From Takakia lepidozioides (taxonomy: Eukaryota > Plantae > Bryophyta): a stretch of DNA of 64,000 nucleotides. Positions 12,905 to 25,727 of the stretch are shown here, in pieces. The stretch is taken from positions 65,720,001 to 65,784,000 of the forward strand of contig CM060732.1 of the NCBI GenBank assembly GCA_030704615.1. The letters are read 5' to 3'. The position numbers and the translations under genes are program-made. How positions within the stretch are numbered: the first letter of the stretch is position 1; each line of letters begins with the position of its first letter. The notes beneath the pieces were generated by a model that was given only the letters and a program-made list of their open reading frames with translations, was not told the origin of the DNA and ran no database searches.

Positions 12905-15900
12905 AACAATTGAAGATGGTGCGTTTTTTGGAAGATGAAGTTCGGGGTCAAGCACCTGTAGTATAGTGTTCGGGATCATGTCGGGCCTGGGGCTTTGGCT
13001 TTGGGAAGGGCTTTGAGGCAGGCTTCAAATAGATCAAGAGTGAAGGCGTCATGGATATGGTCAGATAGAGATCCACAATTCTCTAGAGAGAATCCGTCTA
13101 AGTCATGCCAGGGGTAGTGACAGACTTTACACACACAATCAGGGATGTGTAGGTTTAGATGTAGGCAATTCGTAGTGGTGGGATTATAGGAGGATGAGGC
13201 TTGGATCCATATCTCATTTCTTATGGCCTCAGGGGTGGTTAGTAGACCGGATCTATGCTTTGACAGTCAATGGGAGGGTTTAGAGCAGGCTTGAAAATGG
13301 CTTTATGGGCTTTTTTAGGGTGGTCATGCAGTAATTGGCCAAAGGATGCGATAAATCTTTTGTGATTAGCAGTGGCTTTTTGTTTAGTGATAATATAGGC
13401 CGTTTTTTTGGCGTCTCTTCCCAGTTTGGAAAGGGCAGCAATCCGATTAGAGGGAGTGGATGGATCGTTGGGAGGGGGCATGAGCGGGCAACAAACAGTT
13501 AGGGAATTAAGGCAGGAGATATGGGGGTCAGAGCGCCAGTCTTTGTGTAGTGAAAGAATGGAAGAATTAGTACAACGGTGAGAGCCCGACAGATAGTGTG
13601 GTAGATGTTGAGGTGGGAGGTCCATGCCCACTTGTGTGATCGAGTAAGGTATCCTTCATTTTGTTTAGAGCGTGTGGTTTGGGGAAGGTCGAGGGGAGCA
13701 ACACACCTCGCAATAACAATTTTGGACATTTCCATTAATATGGTGGAGAGGGTAGGCTCTGCTATGAGCCAGGTGTTAGCGGGATCTTGTGAGAGGTTTG
13801 TTTCTGAGAGGCTGTGGGATAGATTTTGTGTAAGGACAGAGGCAGTTAGTTGGAAGTGATTTTGGAAGGTCGTGATGTTGTGTAGAGGTAGTGGAGATAG
13901 GATCCTTGGTTGGGTGGGGTTATGATAGAGGGGAGAGGACAAAAGGGGATAAGGGAGGAGAGAAGGGAGAGGGATACTGGATAGTGGTCTGAGTTGCAAA
14001 TATTGTCAATGTGTATGTGGCTACGGAGATAAGATGGAATATCACTGCTGGTTTTGAGGTAAGAACCATCGAGGAGGCTGAGGGAGAAGTAGTGAAGCCC
14101 ACCTTGTCTGGAGTAGTGGTGATCGACAGGTATATAGCTGAATCAGTGATGTTGAATAAAATTGGCCCAAACATGATTTGTCGGGGATGGGGGTTGGTAT
14201 GAGCTTTTATAGAAATGCCCAAGTATGGCGATATCCTTGTTGAAATCGCCAGCTAGGATGTAGTGGTGATGTTTCTGATCGGGGTGGGTGACAATGTTGG
14301 AGATTGTAAGCATAATGTCTGGGATTAGTTAGAGGTCGTTAATGTGGGAGGGCATGTATAGGTGTATGATGGTAATTGGGTTAAGTGCAGGTAAATAAAG
14401 TTGAATAATTTGGAGATGGGAGCGAAGGGAGATGGGGACGGTCACCTTAGTGGTGGTGCTAGGGGAATGATGGGTACGGAGGATGCCAAAGGCAACGCCT
14501 CCCCGGGTGGGACTATACGGGGCCGAACGCCGTTTGAGGCATTGTTGGGCCGTCAGAGGGTTACCATATAGAGGGTAGTAAGTCGGTAGGAGCTTGTTTA
14601 TATACGAACTGTTAGGGCGGTCGGTATGTAATTTGGTTTCCTGTAGGAGAATAATATGCGAAAGGGGTGGAGTCGGCGAGAAGATGAATGAGGCTCTGTA
14701 TGCTAGTAGCCATAGATCCTACATTCCAAGTAATCATGTTTAGAGTACTGGGATGGGGATCGTGGGAGGAAGGAAGAATGTCGGGGGGAGAAGGGGATGT
14801 AGGTATATTTGTATGAGTAGGAGAGGGTGAGGGGGAGCGGGAAGAAGGGGGTTGGGAGGGGGGGATAGAAATGGGAATTTATTAGTGAGGATCGGCAAGT
14901 CTTGAGTCGGGGTGGTTAGCGTGGCTAGATGGTTGCCAAGGATAGTATGGACCTCTTAGGGCTTGGATTGAAGGAGGTTGAGCGAGGAGTGTAGTTCAGA
15001 GAGGTGGTGTGCTAAGTAATTGTTGGGGGCAGTTTATGTAGGTTGTGTAGCAGGGAACGGATTTGGGAAAGGGAGTGGGATTCACAATAGATATCACATG
15101 TGTCTAATAGCGGGGAGATATTAATTATAAGGGCAAAGAGGAAGTGTGGGGTGGGGAAAACCTTGAGTTTATACAGGGCACGAGTTAGAGCGGGGAGATG
15201 ATAGGCAGGGAGGCCAAAGGTAGAGAGGCGGTGTGAAGGAAGAGTCTGTTGTGTGGGGTTGGAGGATGTGGGTTTGGGGAAGAAGGGGGAGAAATGGTTA
15301 GATAGATGTTGGTATGAATGTGTGAGGGAGATGGCGTTTCTTTGGAAATATAGAGCATATCTGTCTTGTGGGTCCACTGGTAATTGATAGATGATGTAAT
15401 CTATAGAAGTGGGCCCTGGGTTTGGGTGGATGTCACTGCACCTTAGAAGTATGAGGTCGATACAAGTGTCTCTGTATGTTGTGTCGGGAGATGGGGGGGT
15501 GATGGTAGTAATACCTGGATTTTAGAAGGTTTTGATGTCGGGTGCCGTGTGGGTGAGCAGCGAGTGCAAGGAGTTCAGAGTGGATTTGGTAGGATATTTT
15601 GGGATGGTGAGGGTACTTAAGAGAAGCGTGGGTAAATTATGTGGATTGGAAGGTTAGGGTTTATAAAAGTGGAGCTAGTAGGAAGGACGTGTGCGGGGTG
15701 GTCAATCACGACGCTATTAACTTGATGGGTTGGTATAGGGGAGGGTCTAGTATTTAAGCAATATGAGGATTTGGGGGTAATTGTATTTTTAGGGAGTGGG
15801 CTATTTTTAAATTCGTGTATTAGTGACGAAGTAGTTTTGAGGTGGAGGAGGGAATAGGGCTGATAAGGGGGGCGGGGAATAGGATTACCGAGAGGTATAA

Positions 15901-15940
15901 ATAGTAGAAATAAATGGTGGGGGAACGGTTAACACGGCTT
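12905..15940 (-). mobile_element. 5' part of a non-LTR retrotransposon (APE endonuclease + start of RT), probably Dualen/RandI-like, degenerate
   Basis: HIILLQETKL, RGGVA, HLYMPSH, YILAGDFNKD (APE, ~14740-13900); KAPGPDMIPN (RT domain 0, ~13000); strongly C-rich sense strand like the RNaseH-RLE pieces. Confidence 0.75.
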
Positions 15941-16750
15941 GACAACATGTGGCCCAACCTACGATATTGGAAAGAAAACACTGAAGGTAAGGTTAATATT
16001 GCCTACTTGGAAGTTTCTGGATGAATGCTGCCAAGCAGTGCCTTAGTAGTGGGATAGATTACCTGCTAAATAGACGCATGGGTTTAAGAGAGAGGTCTTG
16101 GCTTGGTGGAGAAGGATCAATATGTGTGCAGAAGCATGTGGGGAAGGGTTTTTTAGCTTTATTTATTGATGATTTCATTACGATTTTTGCAAGTTCAACG
16201 TGACGTGAATAAAATACCCATACGGCAATAATAAGCACCCCGGTGATCCTAGTAACTCCTAAAATTATCTAAGCTTTCAAAGTAATCTCGTCTAAAAGTG
16301 ATATAAATGTGATCCTAGAGTTGGCTGCAACTACAACGTTTTTATAACAATCTTCCTGACTTTTGGAAAGAATGAAATTGTGCTCATTTTTTGGGTCTCA
16401 CGACAATGCAGTCCAAGCCTCCCTTAGGTCGTGGTACCAGAAAGTGCTCGATTCATTTGTGCCCGGAGATGAGCACCCAATTGCAATACTTAAACATGAC
16501 AACAATATGTTCAAAAAGTTCTACTACCTAGACACCATTGACTGAAGAAGTGTATGACTATTCTGTGTGGAATATCGCTCGAGGAGATATTATTGTAATA
16601 TATGCAGTAGATTTGCAAGATATAACTGTTTGACTATTCAAAAATGTTGACATCCGCCTATTGATCTGGAAACAATCTTGTATGATAAGTCCGAGATTAA
16701 AAATTGAGTACACATGTCAAACTTAGATGTATATAAGATTGAATGGGATG

Positions 16751-17219
16751 CAAATGGTGAAGTTCTCACGTCCTTCCCATTTCCCCAGTTGAAGAGGGAC
16801 ATCGAACGCCAACCTCGTCGCCAATTGCGGTTCTCCTTTGGCAGAACGCACCTCAATAGAGGCCCCCACGTCACTTGTCGGGAGTCCCAGCTTTTGTGCC
16901 GTTGCCGGTGTCATGAAGGAGTGCGACGCTCCTGTGTCCACCAACAATGACACGTTAGTTCCGGATATTATCCCATCCACGAACAATAACTGACTCCCTT
17001 TACGTAAGGCGTCAGTTTCCTGATACAGTTCACAAGAAAATTTGCCTACCTTGCAAGTCTTGGCGACCACCTCTTCCACCAAGCGACTGATGGTATCTTC
17101 CGACAGCTCTGTGGTCGCCCGAGTCATGTTCAATTGTCGGGGCTTCGTGCACTTCTTGGCCATGTGCCCGGGCTCCCCGCAATTGAAACACACTCCATCA
17201 AAGGTCACCTTCTGTCCGC
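16751..17219 (-). mobile_element. Ty3/gypsy gag zinc-knuckle + aspartic protease fragment inserted in piggyBac copy 1
   Basis: CFNCGEPGHMAKKC and LLVDTGASHSF; absent from the homologous position of copy 2 (~24910). Confidence 0.88.
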
Positions 17220-17299
17220 ACCTATAAGTTATGTTCGGATAAGATGATGAAGAATCATGAGAGACTCCACCTTCGCTAGCTCAGTGCCAGGCAGATCCG

Positions 17300-18130
17300 A
17301 TTTCCACTTCTATGTAACATGCAAATGAAAGTAAAGCATTTGCCACTTATGGTCACGAGTTTGAACTGAACAATACCCAGTAGTTGATCATGTACATCCA
17401 CTCCCCTCATCATCTCTTGGTAATGCTTCACAACAGGAGAGGTGGGCACAAGACGACGAGCCCCTCTATGCCATCTGTCTATGAAACAATTGGCTGCCAC
17501 AGATGAAATAACAGTACTCAATAGATTCATACATTTGGCATCAAACCAAGAGACAACACACATCTTTTCGCTAATGTGCATACGATATTCCAGTCCCCCT
17601 CCCCCCCCCTCCAAACCCCTCTTTTTTCCCAAATCCAAGGTTGAAGGGGAACCTATGCGAATAGTCTTTACAGTGCCAGTGGTGTAAATGAGGCGTAAAT
17701 GCCTGGCCATAGAAGAGTATAGGGCTGCAATAAAAGTTATCCATTGTCACAAAATGACCCTTACCTTCAAAGCTTTCCAACAATCTTGTTATCACATAAT
17801 ATCCAAAACCATGGGTGCAGAGATAATTGCCATCATCTTTTCCCAATTATGCCTCCATCTTAATCACATATTTCAATTCACGTAAGATTCATCAAGAAAT
17901 ACAACTACCTAGATTGCATAAATTTAACTTGTCTCAAGTGGAGTCGATCAAACCTGGTGTATTTTCATGTGAGTCGTAAATCTTATTATCCAAGCTAAGT
18001 GGATTTATTTGGTTTGCCAAATCCAGTCATTTTTGGACACTATGGTCCATAAAAAGACTGGATCTGGCTAACCAAGTAAAAACACAGCCACTTTATCAAC
18101 ATAGACGGTCTCTCGACAACAATAGACATT
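17300..18130 (-). pseudogene. piggyBac transposase (DDE_Tnp_1_7-like) remnant
   Basis: GHFVTMDNFYCSPILF, GTVK..R, VVSWFDAK..NLLST, PVVKHYQEMMRGVDVHDQL; frameshifted. Confidence 0.88.
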
Positions 18131-18885
18131 GAGAAATAGGAACTAGGCAATGATGTGGATAGTAGAAAGATAGATAAAAAAAATTAGTGATTTCCACAAA
18201 AGTGCAATCAATAGTTCTTTTCGTGAAGCATAAAAGACGGGATGCAGTAAAAGCACATCCAACTTAAGGACAAAACATAGTCTCTACCCTCTCACCGCGT
18301 CGATGACGGAGATTAGAAAGAAATTATGGAAAGGAAATGAATGAGGTGGGAGAGGAACTAGGAAATATGTGAGATTATGGAAATTTCTAGTTATGAAGTA
18401 GTGAGCAGAAAGTAGGAGCAAAATGAGTGGACTCCACCAAATTGAGAATGATCAGTCAAGGATGTAGTACTGTGTCGAACCTGGATCTAGCTCACTAAGC
18501 ACATCCAGTTTAACAAAATAGATCCGCGTCCTGCAAAGATCTATAAAAGGAAAGATGACTATGGAGAGTAGATCGAGATGAAAATCGACAGTCTCCGTCT
18601 CGCAATCGAGACCTGCGGGGAGTAACTAGGAAATAGATTCAAAGGAGACACTAGAAAGGCACGTACGAGAGGGTATTACATCCACATAATGTGATAATGG
18701 TCGTCAAGGATTAGTATTGTGTGACTAGAAGAGCTGTAGAGTACAGTTTGTATGAGCTACAAGAGCTAATAAGCTTTTATAGAGACGCAGAGTTAAACAA
18801 GAAGATTCTATATTGTTTCCTTTTCTAAGCATACCGTGTTAAGAAAGTAGGTTTGCATATTTAATTGGTCTTGGCCTGTATGCAC

Positions 18886-19110
18886 CAGTGTTGGGCGGAT
18901 ATATTGATTTCAATATACCCTTAGGGTATAAGTAAATTATTTTTGTCAAACCATTTACCCTCTGGATATGGATAAATAAAAATCTCAAAAATTATTTACC
19001 CTCCGAGTATGGGTAAATTAACTTTTCAGATTTTTATGTAATCTCCGGGTAAGGATATATATGCCAAAATACACCCTGAGGGTATGGCTAATTATTTAAA
19101 TCAATATACA
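18886..19110. mobile_element. hAT MITE end embedded in both piggyBac copies (mirror at ~23070-23297)
   Basis: GTATGCAC|CAGTGTTGGGCGG terminus with ATACCC/GGGTAT subterminal repeats. Confidence 0.65.
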
Positions 19111-19584
19111 ATTTAATGATTTTTAAAATTGTGATGTTCTCAAATACAAAACAAAAGAAACAATCTATGGTAAAAGAGAAAATTGATGAGATATTGCATA
19201 ATATTTTGGCTTTAATTCCCAATGCAAGAGGAAGGAGGCTTGAGATTCAAAAAATATATGCAGGATCTGAAGAGGTTTTTTTTGGGTTATATGGCATTTT
19301 AGGAATGATAGATATGTAGCATTTTTTTCAGCTATGATTGGAGTTTTCTTACAACTGAAGGCTCTCTAACAACACAACAAAAAGAGAGAGAAGACCTTGC
19401 ACATAAAGGTCATAGGGCACTAGTCTTATGTCCCAAAAAATCCCTCCATTATCTTCCATAGAAAAAACACTACTAGATTTTGCTAGATGGGTGAGATTCC
19501 CTAAATGTACGTCCGCACTAAATGTCACCTCGAATGCTACCGCCGTTGCTATGCTACTGCCATGGCTATGTTATCTTATATACC

Positions 19585-20112
19585 CTAATTAGGGGGCTGA
19601 AATTTCGTGAGCAGTGAGCACGAGCAGTGAGCCGTGAGCAGACTTCCGAACCACGTCCCAGCCTGTCCGTAGGTTTGGGATAGTTTCGAGATACGTTCGG
19701 TTTATGGAATATTCCCATTTTCGATTCCAAATGAGATTTTTACTGAATTTTTATTGCATATAACCCCTCAAAGATTGAAGGTTCGGCGCCGAACCCCATT
19801 TCATACATTTTCTTAAAAACAATTAAAGAAAAAAAAGAAAAAAAGAAAAAATAATTTAGTGGCGGCGCCGAACAGTGCCATAGGTTCGGTAGTGACCTGA
19901 ACTGGTTCGGCATAGGCTCGGCATAGGCTCGGCAGAATATTCCTTGGCAGAATATTCCTTGACAGAATATTCCTCATCATATGATCGGTAAAATATTCCT
20001 TGGATATTCACAAGAATATCGCTGAATCGGAATCTTAAAATATGCCTCTGCTCATGGAGAGGAATATTCCCTCTACTCATTGCTCACAGAAAAACCAACC
20101 TCCCCTGATTAG
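19585..20112. mobile_element. MITE of unassigned superfamily
   Basis: Imperfect TIRs CTAATTAGGGG / CCCCTGATTAG with GTGAGCA / TGCTCAC subterminal motifs; internal GAATATTCC and GTTCGGC repeats; flanks ATATACC / ATATATC. Confidence 0.6.
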
Positions 20113-20797
20113 ATATATCCTTCATTTGAACATATACCCTTTAGAAAAGTAGGGTATATTGGACTTCTTGATGCAGGGTAAATATTATGATAAGGGTATA
20201 TCATAAAAATATACCCTTATATAAGTGTATACATCCAAGTACCTAAACTTGCCACACCAGGGTATGTATATATACACCAGCTAGCAAGCTTCCAAGCGCT
20301 GAAATGCATCAGCTAAATAGACTGGTCGACCATATGAGCCCAATGACGAAAATGTTTTTGAACTATGATGTTGTGGTGTGAATCAATTGACGTGCATCCA
20401 TGTATGTGTTGCATCATTTGGACAAAGTCTAAGAATCTATTTTGCGCATGATGTAGCTACTTGTCTGTGGCTAGTTGTGGGCGATATATATATGTATATG
20501 ACGCGAGCCGAAGCTAGCATAAATGTTGTGGGTGACATCTTCTGTAAGCCTTTACACCTTGTAGTCGATCCAATGTGATTATTATTATTATAAGTATTAT
20601 TTTAAGAGAAGGGGAAGAATTACGTGGTATGCACCTAACCACTATGATACCTGCCACTTTCTTTTCACCCAATAAACTTTTATTACTTTATTCTACATTT
20701 GGACCTTGGAATGGCCTGGCCTAAAGAGAGGCCCTGGCGCGGGTCTGCCGGTGGGGCATGAAAAGACCCTCCAATGCTGCAAACCCTTTGTGCAAAC

Positions 20798-22277
20798 CAG
20801 TGTTGTGCGGATATTTAATTCAGGCTCAAACCCCCGACGTATCCCAACCCATATATATGTGTGTGGATTTGCCGGATGTAAAAAAAAATCAAATATCCAC
20901 CTCTGTAAAGAACCGCCGGAATATGAAGAGATGGGATAACCGGATCCGGTTGAGAACCAGTGGTTTTGTATTTTTTTTAATTTGATTTGAACCGGAACTA
21001 GTGGTCCAAAAGAGCATGTTATGAAACCATATATCTCGCATTTAAAACCGGAGGTTATAATCCGGATAATAGCCGGATATTGCGTTCACTCACATAAACA
21101 AGGCGGATCATAATCATGAGCTGGCCTTGTCTTCATTGCATTTTTACTCATCATGTTGTGAACAACGATTTTAAAAAAAAAAATTGGAATATAACATGAG
21201 TGGCAAGAGATAGCCATATATCATGTTTGACCATTGAAATTAGGATAGAATCATCCTCCTATGTACTTTCATCAATTGATATCATCATATTTGACGACTT
21301 CATCCATAATTTATTTTTCATTTGGAAAATTTTGGATATTTCATTCATGAAAAAATAGGAAATTTACAATATAATATAATATTTTTTGAGGTCAAAATTG
21401 ACAATGTCAAGTTATTTTACCACTAGTGTGAAACTAGCTAGGAAATAGTTAGTTTTGATATATCGACATTTGGGATTGATCCAAATATCAATCCAGGGGC
21501 CAATGTATGTTTGGTTATCTTCACGGCAGATCGCCGCGGTGGGCTCATCTTTCTCAAGTTGAGCCTTACGTATCTAGCTATGGCATCGTAGTGTGAATTC
21601 CCCATGGTGTTGGGTGCACTTGGCTCGACTTGTATTTGAGTGATGATTTTATATATGCATAAGTTTATGTGAGCTCGCATGAGCTTGTATTTTTCTTGTT
21701 TATCGTTGTGATGGACTAGTGGCAGCCTAGTGGTGGACTAGTGGTTGCACTAGTGACAACCAATTGTTGCACTAGTGCCTAGACTAGTGTGGACTAGTGG
21801 CAGCCTAGTGGTGGACTAGTGTTTGGTGTGCACATGTATTGTGTGGTTTTGGACAACGATGTAGTTGTGTAGCGATATGTATGCGCACGACAACAATTAT
21901 TCGTCACTAATAGAATGGCTGGTTTTGAAGGGTGACATTGGATTTATGAAAAGGCGGCAATTGTGGAACTTATATGTTCTACCCCAATAATTGTAACTAT
22001 TTTGCATTAGTATATTTAATACATTAAACTTTTGGGCTATTTTATTTTCTTTAAATAAACTTGGTTTTGTTTGATAACCGGATATCAAACCGCCCGAGGC
22101 CATCCTAACTCCATTTGCCCATAACCGCATAGGGTTAGATTTTGTATTTGCTGCCAACCGGCAAGATACTAAAAACAGGAAGGCTCCAAAACCCTGAAAC
22201 CGAACACAAAGTTTAAAGTTAAAGTTGAACATCCGTAACCGGCTGATATGAAAAAATCAAATAATTGCACACCACTG
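20798..22277. mobile_element. hAT-type non-autonomous element with nested repeat
   Basis: TIRs CAGTGTTGTGC / GCACACCACTG; 8-bp TSD GTGCAAAC / GTGCAGAC; related to 27859-28610 in opposite orientation; internal CTAGTG array at 21710-21820. Confidence 0.8.
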
Positions 22278-22556
22278 GTGCAGACGCATGGGCCGGCTGG
22301 CGTGCGGGTGACCCTCTCGATGCATTTAAGACACTATTAAAAACAAAAATTGGCATGAAAATTACGCTACAAATTATATACACATAATATTTATGGATAG
22401 AAAAGTGTCAAATAAGGAAAAAAATAAAACAACAGGGCGTGAGATACAAAAAAGGCCCTGCTATTGGTTTACTAATATGAAGTTTTATGAATGATGTTAT
22501 GGCTAACAAGGCGTGACATACACTTAAGCCCTATTGTTGACTAATTTGGTATTTAA

Positions 22557-25500
22557 CCCCTAAGCGACGAGAGTAGTTTTTCGATTTTTGGACAATTCCG
22601 GGACCTACCCTAACACGTCAACGTGTACCTGCTGACCAACGTTCATCCACGTGGATGAACCGTACAAACTCATTCCTACCTACCAAAATCTCACCTATCT
22701 AGCAAAATCTAGTAGTTTTTTCTATGCAGAATAAGGGAGGGATTTTTTTGGGACATAAGACTAGCGCCCTATGACCTTTATGTGCTAGGTCTTCTCTCTT
22801 TTCGTTTTGTTATTAGGGAGCCTTCAGTTGTAAGAAAGCTCCAATCACAGTTGAAAAAAATGTCACATATCTATCATTTTTAAAATGCCATATAACCCAA
22901 AAAAAACCTCTTTAGATCCTGCATATATTTTTTGAATCTCAAGCCTCCTTCCTCATTGCATTGGGAATTAAAGCCAAAATATTATGCAATATCTCATCAA
23001 TTTTCTCTTTTACCATAGATTGTTTCTTTTGTTTTGTATAGAAAAACATCACAATTTTAAAAATCATTAAATTGTACACTTATTTAAATAACTATCCATA
23101 CCCTCAGGGTGTATTTTGGCATATATATCCTTACCCGGGGATTACATAGAAATCTGAAAAGTTAATTTACCCATACCTGGAGGGTAATAAATTTTTGAGA
23201 TTTCAATTTATCCATATCCAGAGGGTAAATGATTTGACAAAAATAATTTACTTATACCCTAAGGGTACATTGAAATCAATATATCCGCCCAACACTGGTG
23301 CATACAGGCCGAGACGATTTAAATATGCAAATCTACTTTCTTAACATGGTATGCTTGGACAAAAGGGAACAATATAGAATCTTCTTGTTTAACTCTGTGT
23401 ATCTATAAAAGCTCATTAGCTCTTGTAGCTCATACAGACTGTACTCTACAGCTCTTCTAGTCACACAATACTAATTCTTGACGACCATTATCCCTTTATG
23501 TGGATGTACTACCATCTCGCAAGTGCCTTTCTAGTGTCTCATTTGAATCTATTTCCTAGTTACTCCCCTCAGGTCTCGATTGCGAATGGAGAGTGTCGAT
23601 TTTCATCTCGATCTATTCTCCATAGTCATTTTTCATTTTATAGATCTTTGCAGGAGACAGATCTATTTTATTAAACTGGATGTGCTTGGTGAGCTAGATC
23701 CAGGTTCGGCACAGTATTACATCCTTGACCAAAGTGAGATGATCCTAGAAGTTTCCATAATCTCACATATATCCTAGTTCATCTCCCACCTCATTCATTT
23801 CCTTTCCACAATTTCTTTCTGAGCTCCATCGTCGATGCAGTGAGAGGGTAGAGACTATGTTATGTCCTTAAGTTGGATGTGCTTTTACTACATCCCGTCT
23901 TTTATGCTTCACGAAAAGAACTATTGATAGCACTTTTGTGGAAATCACTAATTTTTTTATCTACATTTCTACTATCCACATCATTGCCTAGTTCCTATTT
24001 CTCAATGTCTATTGTTGACGAGAGACCGTCTATGTTGATAAAGTGGCTGTGTTTTTACTTGGTTAGCCAGATCCAGTCTTTTTATGGACCATAGTGTCCA
24101 AAAATGACTGGATTTGGCAAACCAAATAAATCCACTTAGCTTGGATAATGAGATCTACGACTCACATGAAAATATATCAGGTTTGATCGACTCCACTTGA
24201 GACAAGTTAAATTTATGCAATCTAGGTAGTTGTATTTCTTGATGAATCTTACGTGAGTTGAAATGTGTGATTAAGATGGAGGTGTACTTGGGAAAAGATG
24301 ATGGAAATGATCTCTGCACCCATGGTTCTGGATATTATGTGGTAACAAGATTGTTGGAAAGCTTTGAAGGTAAGGGTCATTTTGTGACAATGGATAACTT
24401 TTTATTCCAGCCATATACTGTTCTATGGCCAGGCATTTTACGCCACTGGCACTGTAAAGACTATTTGCACAGGTTTCACTTCAACCTTAGATTTGGGAAA
24501 GAAGGGGCGGGGGGGGGGGGGGAGGGGAAGACTGGAATATCGTATGCACATTAGCGAAAAGATGTGTGTTGTCTCTTGGTTTGATGCCAAATGTATGAAT
24601 CTGTTGAGTACTGTTATTTCATCTGTGGCAGCCAATTGTTTCATAGACAGATGGCATAGAAGGGTTCGTCGTCTTGTGCCCACCTCTCCTGTTGTGAAGC
24701 CTTACCAAGAGATGATGAGGGGAGCGGATGTGCATGATCAACTAAGGGGTATTGTTCAGTTCAAACCTGTGACCATAAGTGGTGGCAAATGCTTTACTTT
24801 CATTTGCATGTTACATGGAAGTGGAAATCGGATATGCCTGGCACTGAGCTAGCGAAGGTGGAGTCTCTCATGATTCTTCATCATCTTATCCAAACATAAC
24901 TTATAGGTATTCCATCCCATTCAATCTTATATACATCTAAGTTTGACATGTGTACTCAATTTTTAATCTCGGACTTATCATACAAGATTGTTTCCAGATC
25001 GATAGGCGGATGTCAACATTTTTGAAGAGTCAAACAATTCTGTCTTGCAAATCTATTGCATACATTACAATAATATCTCCTCGAGCGATATTCCACACGG
25101 ACTAGTTGTACACTTCTTCAGTCAATGGTGTCTAGGTCATAGAGCTTTTTGAACATGTTGTTGTCATGTTTAAGTAATGCAGTTGGGAGATCATCTCCGG
25201 GCACAAATGAATCCAGCACTTTCCGGTACCACGACCTAAGGGAGGCTTGGACTACATTGTCATGAGACCCAAAAATCAGCACAATTTCATTCTTTCCAAA
25301 AGAGATTGTTATAAAAACGTTGTAGTTGCAGCCAACTCTAGGATCACATTTACATCACTTTTAGACGAGATTATTTTGAAAGCTTAGATAATTTTAGGAG
25401 TTACTAGGATCAGCGGGGTGCTTATTATTACCGTATGGGTATTTTATTCACGTCACGTTGAACTTGCAAAAATCGTAATGAAATCATCAATAAATAAAGC

Positions 25501-25727
25501 TAAAAAAAACCCTTCCCCACATGCTTCTGCACACATATTGATCCTTCTCCACCAAGCCAAGACCTCTCTCTTAAACCCATGCGTCTATTTAGCAGGTAAT
25601 CTATCCCACTACTAAGACACTGCTTGTCAGCATTCATCCATAAACTTCCAAGTATGCAATATTAACCTTACCTTCAGTGTTTTTTTTTTTTTTTCATTTT
25701 TTCCAATATCGCAGGTTGGGGCCATGT
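22557..25727 (+). mobile_element. piggyBac-family DNA transposon, copy 2 (5' terminus intact, 3' truncated)
   Basis: TTAA|CCCCTAAGCGACGAG at 22553-22571; perfect 20-bp palindrome GTTCATCCACGTGGATGAAC at 22641-22660; transposase remnant. Confidence 0.82.
24000..24800 (+). pseudogene. piggyBac transposase remnant
   Basis: SIVDE..GKPNK, MEVYLGK, HFVTMDNF, SWFDAK, YQEMMRGADVHDQLRG; frameshifts and stops. Confidence 0.88.

Larger units (their letters stand above)
12343..19499 (-). mobile_element. piggyBac-family DNA transposon, copy 1 (3' terminus intact, 5' terminus missing, nested insertions)
   Basis: TTAA|CCCCTAAACGACGAG at 12339-12357; piggyBac transposase remnant on the minus strand; 15945-19499 is the reverse complement of 22686-25727. 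Assigning 12343-12900 to the same copy is inferred from the TIR and orientation. Confidence 0.7.

Noticed and set aside
18886-20261. One intact hAT element spanning 18886-20261
   Set aside because: The putative right end (TTGCCACACCAGG|GTATGTAT) is too degenerate and conflicts with the structure of piggyBac copy 2; unresolved
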